A DNA stretch of 63,440 nucleotides, filler included, from Octopus bimaculoides (lineage: Eukaryota): assembly GCF_001194135.2 (NCBI RefSeq). It is 4 parts of 4 records of this genome, joined end to end, with 100 filler letters (N's around TTAATTAATTAA, not from the genome) between each part and the next. Parts side by side here need not be neighbours in the genome. Positions count along the whole stretch, not along the records: positions 41,714 to 55,036 come from NC_068982.1; positions 55,137 to 63,440 come from NW_026295527.1; 2 more parts are not named here. The stretch is one strand, 5' to 3'. Under the pieces are notes generated by a model. The model was not told the origin of the DNA. It was given only the letters and a program-made list of their open reading frames with translations, and ran no database searches. Positions 53,761 through 63,440 of the stretch are shown here, in pieces; position 1 is the stretch's first letter, and the number at the start of each line of letters is the position of its first letter. The translations under genes and the position numbers were made by a program.

Positions 53761-54149
53761 AAAAAAGGTAACATTCCCTAAGTTGTCATCATTTGTTAAA
53801 AATTATGTAAATGAAATTAGGCCTGGTACGACTTAACTGTCACAGCCCACAAAAATTCAAAGTAATGGAGTAATTATATAGAAGTAAAACTGTAGATACA
53901 AAGAAATTAAAAGAATTGATATTTAGACCCCTGCAGAGTTAGAGATCCTGATAATATTCACTGTCAAAGAATAGAGTATGGGACATGGATCATTGATTGT
54001 ATTGGGATATAGACTACTTACCTGAAGATCTTGACAGTAAAAACAGGCTTGAAACCTTTTAAAAGTTAAGTATCCTTCGAACATATATATATAATGCAGT
54101 AGGTTACAAACTTAGCACTTAAGCATTTAGCCCTTTCTCGAATAAAAAG

Positions 54150-54910
54150 GATACTTCGAATTAAATGAAGCATCCCTAACAACAAAATACCTGAACCATG
54201 TCGAAATGAAAACTGACCATATCGCTACAAAGCAAAGAGAAGATATTTTAAACCAGCCCTATACCCATAAGAAAAGAAATATTCCTGAGAGATTCATTAT
54301 GTCTTCTACTCTTCTGCTTAGCTCTTACTCCTTTGATAATTCTATAACACAAAATCACCAATAAATGGTGCTAGATGTTATAAACAAATTCTAAAACATC
54401 TCTATACAGATGACTTTAAAATATTCACAAGTGATAACACCCAGTTTAAAAAATTATGAAATATTGTTCATAAATTCAACCAAGACATAAAAATGAGTGT
54501 GTGATTAGACAAATGTACACAAGCTACTATTAGTTGATGAAAATTAACTACAAAAGTTGAGAACATTAAATTAGATACAGACACTGAAATCAAAGAATGA
54601 AACCAGAACCATTGATATTTATACTTAAGAAAAGATGAAGCTGATAAGATGCAACACATAGAAAATTAGAAAAGTGGAGTCAGATTAAAATTATAACCTG
54701 AACTTAATGCTAAAAATAACAGTTATAAATACACTAGCCATCCCAATTATAAAGTACAGCTTCAACATAACAAATTGGAAGTGAAGAGCTTAGGCAGAAA
54801 AACCAGGAAACTTCTAACAACATTGTAAATAAACTGATATAAATAGAAGATACCTAACCTGCAAACAGAGAGGATGGGTGTTTGATACAAATAGAAAACT
54901 ATTATGAAGA
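54150..54910 (+). mobile_element. R4/Dong LINE reverse transcriptase remnant
   Basis: IFLRDSLCLLLFCLALTPL (GIFQGDSLSPLLF-like), YTDDFK, DIKM..LDKC, ELNAKN..INTLAIPIIKYSFNI, RKTRKLLT, and IQIENYYE. Confidence 0.8.
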
Positions 54911-55036
54911 TAAAGTCAAGCAAGTGGAAACTGACTAGTATAAAAAAAATAGCAGAAAGTATAGAAATGTGTGTGTGTGTGTATCCATATAGTTATACGT
55001 GTGTACATTTATATATATATATATATATATATATAT

Positions 55037-55136
55037 NNNNNNNNNNNNNNNNNNNNNNNNNNNNNNNNNNNNNNNNNNNNTTAATTAATTAANNNNNNNN
55101 NNNNNNNNNNNNNNNNNNNNNNNNNNNNNNNNNNNN
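55037..55136. other. Assembly join marker N44-TTAATTAATTAA-N44
   Basis: Third identical construct. Confidence 0.95.
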
Positions 55137-55341
55137 GAAATGAGTTGCGACGTCACAGGTGCCAAGCTGTATCGGCCTTTGTCTTTTCCTTGGATAACAC
55201 TCGTGGAGAGGGGAGGCCGGTATGCATGGGCGACTGCTGGTCTTCCATAAACAACCATACCCGGACTTGTGCCTGGGAGGGTAACTTTCTAGGTGCAATC
55301 CCATGGTCAGTCATGAACCGAAGGGGGTTTCAGCATATATA

Positions 55342-56020
55342 CACACACATGTTAGAAGTAAATAGACGCTCATAAAACATCGTTTTTTGTTTATTCTAAC
55401 TTGTAACGGTTTATATTTTTTATTAATTGACATTTTTATGTTTCAGATTCTATATGTGACTGTTTAATCATGCCATGTACAAAAGAAGCCTTGGAACTGT
55501 CTGAATTTCAAAGAGGCCATATTGTGGGTCATTCAGAAGGTGGATATAGTCAGCGTAAAATTGCAGAAAATCTTGGGATCCCTCTTTCTACAGCTAATAA
55601 AGTGATTGTGCAATTCCCCAGAGAGGGGAAGCAGTCCACATCACCTTGTCCAGATCAACCAGGGCTCTCTGACAGGACCCTTCTCTTTGCTAAGAGAAGT
55701 GTGGAGGATAATCTTCGTTGCAAGACCTCTGACATACCAGAGCAAGTTGATGTCAGTTCCAGAACAGCTGTCAGGTATCTCCACAAACTTGGTCTCTATG
55801 ACAGAGCAACAAGAAGGAAGTCACATCTTTGACCAGCCAATATGAAGCGGAGTAAAAATTGGGCCAGTGAGATGGTGGAGAGGCCTTAGCATTTTGGGAC
55901 ACTGTCATATTCTCTGATGAGTCCAGATTTGCTGTATTTCCTAACAGTGGTCGAGTGTGGGTCTGGAGACTCTGCGATTAAAAAAAAGATTGCAACCAGC
56001 AATGAAACACAGCAGCTATT
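55342..56020 (+). mobile_element. Tc1-family transposase 5' fragment (paired-like HTH and first catalytic D)
   Basis: [49 protein letters not shown], then WDTVIFSDESRF..GRVWVWR..RLQPAMKH. Confidence 0.88.
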
Positions 56021-56208
56021 TCTGAAGGAGGAGGTTCTCGTGTTCAGATGTTCTTTGATGCGGACGTGTAACGGTCTTGTTGTGCTACCCACATAGAACT
56101 TGTTGCATTTGTTACATTGTATTCTATACACAACATTTACCCGTTGGCATAAATCTGTGTCACGGATGGGACAATTTGTTAGTGTGCATTGATTGTTATC
56201 CTTTGTTC
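56021..56208 (-). mobile_element. Penelope-like element, GIY-YIG endonuclease fragment
   Basis: CPIRDTDLCQRVNVVYRIQCNKCNKFYVGSTTRPLHVRIKEHLN; runs into an N gap. Confidence 0.88.
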
Positions 56209-57307
56209 NNNNNNNNNNNNNNNNNNNNNNNNNNNNNNNNNNNNNNNNNNNNNNNNNNNNNNNNNNNNNNNNNNNNNNNNNNNNNNNNNNNNNNNNNNNN
56301 NNNNNNNNNNNNNNNNNNNNNNNNNNNNNNNNNNNNNNNNNNNNNNNNNNNNNNNNNNNNNNNNNNNNNNNNNNNNNNNNNNNNNNNNNNNNNNNNNNNN
56401 NNNNNNNNNNNNNNNNNNNNNNNNNNNNNNNNNNNNNNNNNNNNNNNNNNNNNNNNNNNNNNNNNNNNNNNNNNNNNNNNNNNNNNNNNNNNNNNNNNNN
56501 NNNNNNNNNNNNNNNNNNNNNNNNNNNNNNNNNNNNNNNNNNNNNNNNNNNNNNNNNNNNNNNNNNNNNNNNNNNNNNNNNNNNNNNNNNNNNNNNNNNN
56601 NNNNNNNNNNNNNNNNNNNNNNNNNNNNNNNNNNNNNNNNNNNNNNNNNNNNNNNNNNNNNNNNNNNNNNNNNNNNNNNNNNNNNNNNNNNNNNNNNNNN
56701 NNNNNNNNNNNNNNNNNNNNNNNNNNNNNNNNNNNNNNNNNNNNNNNNNNNNNNNNNNNNNNNNNNNNNNNNNNNNNNNNNNNNNNNNNNNNNNNNNNNN
56801 NNNNNNNNNNNNNNNNNNNNNNNNNNNNNNNNNNNNNNNNNNNNNNNNNNNNNNNNNNNNNNNNNNNNNNNNNNNNNNNNNNNNNNNNNNNNNNNNNNNN
56901 NNNNNNNNNNNNNNNNNNNNNNNNNNNNNNNNNNNNNNNNNNNNNNNNNNNNNNNNNNNNNNNNNNNNNNNNNNNTCTTGTGTGCATGTAATAATTAACT
57001 TATATATCATGTATTTTATTTTGTTTTGCGTGAGATTTTCTGATCGGTGGAAAAATTCTCTTACTTGAAACCAGTCCGTGGTGCAAAAAAAAAAAAAAAA
57101 AGAGGAAATGGTTGAGGACCGCTACAATAGGCAATACAATAGCTATTATAAGAGACTATACAAAAGGTTGGTTGGCAGTTATTACAAAAGACAATATACA
57201 AAATAAGACAAAAAACAATAAAACATTATGTCATTTAAAACAGATTATGCAACATTCATTACATCAGACTATACAACGAACAATACAATCACCATTAAAA
57301 CAAATTA

Positions 57308-57350
57308 TCGTATTTGCCGGCGTATAAGACATTTTCGCATAAGACGCACT
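57308..57350 (+). mobile_element. Possible Tc2/pogo-like terminal inverted repeat
   Basis: TA+TCGTATTTGCCGGCGTATAAGAC..CATAAGACGCAC resembles Tc2-type termini; partner end not found. Confidence 0.4.
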
Positions 57351-57819
57351 TCTATTTTACAGGTATATTTTGTGGAAAACAAATTTAGTACGTTTCACCG
57401 AACATTTACTTTTCTTCTTTCTACTATAGGCACAAGACCTGATATTACGGAGGAGGAAGCTAGTTAATTACATCGACCTTAGTATTCAACTGATACTTAT
57501 TTTATCGGCCACAAAAGGACAAAAAGCAAAATCTATTAACTATTATTTATAGTTTTATCTGCTTGGAGTTCCACTGTTCCAAAACAGAATTATTTCACGT
57601 TTGCTCGAACTCTCTAAATTTTTATGACTTCACAATGTGTGTATAAGAAAATATTCCAGTTATGTGTGTATCTAAATGTTCTAGTCTGTGATTATTTATA
57701 TATTTAAGCAATTTAAGCAATCGTGTGAAGCCGGAAGGTTATGATAGACTAAAAGAAAAAAAAGGGGTATCTAATACTCCTATATAGTTATGACAGAAAA
57801 CAACAAAAAAAGGAAGAAA

Positions 57820-57858
<39 letters not shown>

Positions 57859-58778
57859 AAGAACAGTTGAATGTTCCTCTAGTTAAATCTTTTTATAGCT
57901 AGCATGAATTATTTATAGTTAGTATAATAGTTTCTTTGAGGATTAATTGTACCTATAACCTTGGTAATCTTTTGAAAACCAATTTTAAAATGTCCCCCCC
58001 CCCCNNNNNNNNNNNNNNNNNNNNNNNNNNNNNNNNNNNNNNNNNNNNNNNNNNNNNNNNNNNNNNNNNNNNNNNNNNNNNNNNNNNNNNNNNNNNNNNN
58101 NNNNNNNNNNNNNNNNNNNNNNNNNNNNNNNNNNNNNNNNNNNNNNNNNNNNNNNNNNNNNNNNNNNNNNNNNNNNNNNNNNNNNNNNNNNNNNNNNNNN
58201 NNNNNNNNNNNNNNNNNNNNNNNNNNNNNNNNNNNNNNNNNNNNNNNNNNNNNNNNNNNNNNNNNNNNNNNNNNNNNNNNNNNNNNNNNNNNNNNNNNNN
58301 NNNNNNNNNNNNNNNNNNNNNNNNNNNNNNNNNNNNNNNNNNNNNNNNNNNNNNNNNNNNNNNNNNNNNNNNNNNNNNNNNNNNNNNNNNNNNNNNNNNN
58401 NNNNNNNNNNNNNNNNNNNNNNNNNNNNNNNNNNNNNNNNNNNNNNNNNNNNNNNNNNNNNNNNNNNNNNNNNNNNNNNNNNNNNNNNNNNNNNNNNNNN
58501 NNNNNNNNNNNNNNNNNNNNNNNNNNNNNNNNNNNNNNNNNNNNNNNNNNNNNNNNNNNNNNNNNNNNNNNNNNNNNNNNNNNNNNNNNNNNNNNNNNNN
58601 NNNNNNNNNNNNNNNNNNNNNNNNNNNNNNNNNNNNNNNNNNNNNNNNNNNNNNNNNNNNNNNNNNNNNNNNNNNNNNNNNNNNNNNNNNNNNNNNNNNN
58701 NNNNNNNNNNNNNNNNNNNNNNNNNNNNNNNNNNNNNNNNNNNNNNNNNNNNNNNNNNNNNNNNNNNNNNNNNNNNNN

Positions 58779-58822
<44 letters not shown>

Positions 58823-59670
58823 TTTATATGTATGTATGTTAAAAAAACGATTCATTTCACGTTGTCCCTAGGTTTCTAAATTCTTATGATGTAAACAACA
58901 TACAATTCTCTCTGGTAAGAAAAAAAAACTTCAAAATGGATGAAGCAATTCAAAGGGTTGCTTTGGTATAATGGTAGAACATCTGTTATATTTATAGAAG
59001 ATGTGGGTTTGTATACTACCATGAGTAGCCGTCGAATTGTTTTGCGTCAAAGGGTTTTTCAAATTCAGTATTTACACGCCATTCTTTATAACTTTATGTA
59101 CTACTTCGAGTTTAACCGTTAAAATCTATATAATTCACGTCTCCCAAAGTTTCTATATTATTATGTAAACAATACATAAATACATACATACATGCATGCA
59201 TACCTACTTACATACATGCATACATATGTATAAGTGCATACATACATGCGTACGTACGCATGCCTACATACATATACACATGCATACATACATGCATACT
59301 TCACACACACATACATACATAATGGACTCTCTTATCAAAAACGACAGATGAGGGTTCCGCAACTTCTTACTGAAATAGTTATCGATTGTTTATATTCATC
59401 AATCAACATTGTCTGTACAGGAGCACGGTGTGTCACACGTCAAAAGTCAATGTGATCGTAAAAATGTATTGCTTCAAGAACACAACACACTACCCAATCC
59501 AGGAATAGAAACCAGGTTCTCGCGATCTAAATAAAACATCCTAACCACTAGGCCACACGCCTTCACCTATGTGTCTGTGTTTATGCGTGAGTGTGCTTGT
59601 ATGTATGTGTGACGTGTGTGCGTATGTGCGTACACATTTCAGATGGTATTTGTGTACATATGCATTCCAA

Positions 59671-59823
59671 TTACGTTCTGAGTTCAAATTCCGCCGAGAT
59701 CGACTTTGTCTTTCATCCTTTCGGGATCGATAAATTAAGTACCAGTTGCGTACTGGATCGATCTAATCGACTGGCCCCCTCACCCCCAAAATTTCGGGCC
59801 TTGTGCTTAGAGTAGAAAAGAAT
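59671..59823 (+). mobile_element. SINE family A, 5'-truncated, CpGs retained
   Basis: ACGTTCTGAGTTCAAATTCCGCCGAGATCGACTTTG..TTTCGGGATCGATAAATTAAGTACC. Confidence 0.9.
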
Positions 59824-60379
59824 GTGTATGTATGGAGGTTCTAATTTACCCAATCTTTATTGTTGATAATTCACTCACCTCGATGTGGCTTACAGGAGAA
59901 AGCGCTTTAGACTGATATTTAATTTTTTTTTTTTTCCTAGTTTGAACATTTCCAGCGTAAAATGTACTTAAAAAACCATGGGATCTTTTCTGTTTGGCTT
60001 TCACTGTTTGAAATTTTTAAAATTGAATCAAAAATTTTCAAATTTGGTATATGGATGTAATTTTTCACGCTTGGAAACTTTAAAAGCTATTAACTATCTA
60101 TCTATTCATTCGTAACAATATGACAAAAATGAATTTCATTTCCATAATTAACATACAAAAGTACACCAAAACACCAAATCTGAAATCAATTGGAACAAAA
60201 TTAAAGGATTTGAAGAGTGACAACCAAACAGAAAAGCTCCCAACCGTTCTCTCTAGACCATGACGACTGATACCTGGTCCAACAACACCAACTTCGAACT
60301 ATTTGGAGTAAACATTTCTTTCTCGTTCGAAGTTTCAACATTTATTTTTGTTAACGATAAACACGTATATTTTTGCATA

Positions 60380-60640
60380 GGCGCAGGCGTGGATATGTGG
60401 TAAAAAGCTTGCTACCTAAGGACAAGGTTCCGGGTTCAGTCCCACTGCGTGACACGTTGGGCAAGTGTCTTCTACCAAAGTATAGTGAGTGGATTTGATA
60501 GTTGAAACTGGAAGAAGCCCGTCGTATATATATATATACATATATGTGTGTGTGTGTGTGTGTGTGTGCATGTATGTTTGCCCCCCCCCCACCTTTTGAC
60601 AACTAGCAAAAGAGCTCGATAAAATAAGTACCGGGCTTAG
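60380..60640 (+). mobile_element. SINE family B
   Basis: GGCGCAGGCGTGGATATGTGGTAAAAAGC..GGTTCCGGGTTCAGTCCCACTGCG..GAAGCCCGTCGTATATATA. Confidence 0.88.
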
Positions 60641-63109
60641 CAGTATATATATAGAAAAAATATATATATATATATATATATANNNNNNNNNNNNNNNNNN
60701 NNNNNNNNNNNNNNNNNNNNNNNNNNNNNNNNNNNNNNNNNNNNNNNNNNNNNNNNNNNNNNNNNNNNNNNNNNNNNNNNNNNNNNNNNNNNNNNNNNNN
60801 NNNNNNNNNNNNNNNNNNNNNNNNNNNNNNNNNNNNNNNNNNNNNNNNNNNNNNNNNNNNNNNNNNNNNNNNNNNNNNNNNNNNNNNNNNNNNNNNNNNN
60901 NNNNNNNNNNNNNNNNNNNNNNNNNNNNNNNNNNNNNNNNNNNNNNNNNNNNNNNNNNNNNNNNNNNNNNNNNNNNNNNNNNNNNNNNNNNNNNNNNNNN
61001 NNNNNNNNNNNNNNNNNNNNNNNNNNNNNNNNNNNNNNNNNNNNNNNNNNNNNNNNNNNNNNNNNNNNNNNNNNNNNNNNNNNNNNNNNNNNNNNNNNNN
61101 NNNNNNNNNNNNNNNNNNNNNNNNNNNNNNNNNNNNNNNNNNNNNNNNNNNNNNNNNNNNNNNNNNNNNNNNNNNNNNNNNNNNNNNNNNNNNNNNNNNN
61201 NNNNNNNNNNNNNNNNNNNNNNNNNNNNNNNNNNNNNNNNNNNNNNNNNNNNNNNNNNNNNNNNNNNNNNNNNNNNNNNNNNNNNNNNNNNNNNNNNNNN
61301 NNNNNNNNNNNNNNNNNNNNNNNNNNNNNNNNNNNNNNNNNNNNNNNNNNNNNNNNNNNNNNNNNNNNNNNNNNNNNNNNNNNNNNNNNNNNNNNNNNNN
61401 NNNNNNNNNNNNNNNNNNTTGTCAATCTTTTGTTTCATTCTCGAATCCCATTTTAACGATACCTACTAACATTAAATATTCTATATTTTTTTCCGTCCTG
61501 TCATCCTACAGACAAAAAAAAAAAATCAATGGTGGTTAATTATTTTATTGCTCGATAGTAAGAAGTAAAGTACTACGAGTGAAATTTCTCTGTTCTATAT
61601 AAGTTGTAAGTATAACTTGTTCAAGCAATCAAAGAAAAGCTTAGTTTTTCCCGTTCAAAATACACATACTTAAAAATAAATCGAAACTAGTTTTGTGGTT
61701 TTCTCGTGAGAATAATTTTCAAAACGCAGAGTGAAACTGAACTTTGTGAAACTGAATAAATGACATTAAATTTTGTTATAATGTTTTTAGAAAATTGTCT
61801 GGAATGTAAAATTACTTCAAAGTGCTTTATTTTCAAAGTGCTATTTGTTTTCAAAGTTCCTATTCATGAAATACTTCTACGTGAGCGTCAAACCCGTTTA
61901 GCTTTAATAAGTAGAAATTATCACCTTGAATTCAATACTTGCTTTCAACCTTTAAAGATAAACGTATTGACTTTTTTCACATCCTTCACAACACCTACGA
62001 CATTTGTGAGATTTCTTATATGGGAAATAAATGTACTATTTCATTGGATTAAAACATAAATATTCTGTTCAATTATTCATAAATGTTCGCTTTAATGATT
62101 CTTACAAACCACTACTGCTTATCTAACAATCATTCTAGACCTTATAACACATTTCTAACTATGATTACGACCGTGCTCAGAAACTGGATTCTCTGTCTAT
62201 AATAAAACATATTGGAACCGATATTATAATAAACAAGCTCAAAAAGAAAATAAATAAAAGCAATAAATATCACCTGAGTCTACTTTTAGTGAAACAAATA
62301 CGTTTCATCTTATCTATAAGTGCAAAACAGATATTCTACATTTTCCCATGCCCTTTTAACTTTACATAAGCCACGTAAACATTTTTCTCAGATTGAATGC
62401 AGTCTGTAAATTCTCTTGTTAACCCCAAATACGTTAAACAGTTTTTATATAAGTATTACAAATAAAAAATAATACTAACATTTATAAAATACGTGTACAC
62501 ATTATTAAAAAAAAATGTGTGCACTAATGTATTATTACCAATTTGAAACTTCGGAGGCGAGTAATAAAACGATATCAAATGTTAAAAGTGTTATATTAAT
62601 AACCACCACTAACACACGTCTGCTTGAAAAACAGGAAAGAAAACTATTGAAAATGTTCTCTTCATATGAAGAAAACATACAGAAAAAGAAAAACAAACAA
62701 AAAGTAAAACAACTTAAGACTAGAAAAAAATAAAAGAAATGCCAATGTAAATGGGCTGACCCTATTTCCATATTGTATGAATCAGGTTTTGGTTCGTTGA
62801 AGATTATCTAGACCAGAACGTATATAAATGACTGCTACATAAGATGTGGCGAGGACCATGATTTGTCAACAACCGGTTGTTACAATGTCAGAACTTGATA
62901 CAAATTTAGTTTACGACAGTTAGGAAACTAAATGAATTTTTTTCCCTAAACTATCAAAACTGATGGCTCAATTTTAATTTTACTAGCCGAGAAACAACAA
63001 TTTCTGAATGATTTTCTCTTTAATGAAATTTTTAAAGTTCCTTCAGCTATTTAATAACCGCTATAACACTCATAAATGTATTTGTCAACAGGCCGTATAT
63101 TGTATATAC

Positions 63110-63200
63110 CTGTGGTTTCCAACCTTTTTACTACCAAAGGCCCCTTCTATTTTAATGAGTTTGGCAAGAATCCTTTTGTACCCCACCTCCCAACACCCCT
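63110..63200 (+). mobile_element. Possible hAT MITE terminus
   Basis: CTGTGGTTTCCAACCTTTTT resembles a Charlie-type TIR, preceded by GTATATAC; no second end seen. Confidence 0.4.
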
Positions 63201-63440
63201 CTAATTTTTTTTATAGAGAGTACGAATCTGCAAAAAAATTGCCCCTTGTATTTCACATCATTCTCCGTTCTCTCCTCCTCTTCTTGTACATTATTAGTTT
63301 CTGGCTTTTTTATCTTTTTTGTTTTCTGTTGACCGTTCTGTTGACTTATTTTTCCTTCGCTTTTTAGGGCTAGCAGCTCCATTTTCGTTTTTCTTTGTTT
63401 TCTCTGTTTCACACTTCTGTCTCTCTTTTATTTCCTCAGT

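Noticed and set aside
55910-55930. Hammerhead ribozyme core CTGATGAG
   Set aside because: It is the Tc1 FSDESRF coding sequence, with no flanking stems or GAAA. The CTGATCGG..GAAAC at about 57040 is also non-canonical

Overview
AT-rich, microsatellite-dense animal genomic DNA. The SINE families and repeat style look like an octopus (coleoid cephalopod) genome, which is my recognition rather than a database result. I cannot confidently identify any intact host gene, true tRNA or rRNA, and nearly all of the listed ORFs are microsatellite, N-gap or antisense artefacts. The window is four contigs joined by three artificial 100-bp markers (N44-TTAATTAATTAA-N44) and is mostly transposon debris. Retroelements: five R4/Dong (RLE-type) LINE remnants, three Tx1/L1-clade LINE remnants, a Penelope GIY-YIG fragment and several tRNA-derived SINE families. 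DNA elements: an irritans-type mariner with both TIRs, a Tc1 fragment, a Buster/Charlie hAT fossil with a matching MITE, a Tc1-type MITE and a ~200-bp near-perfect palindrome. The least explained sequences are a GC-rich 21-bp (heptapeptide-like, MEVAGAS) degenerate array at 25.7-26.1 kb and a 33-bp array at 19.6-20.1 kb. Two broader patterns stand out: different LINE clades recur at (AAT)n/(ATT)n tracts, and the 41.9-55 kb segment is CpG-decayed, which suggests a methylated gene body whose exons I could not identify.
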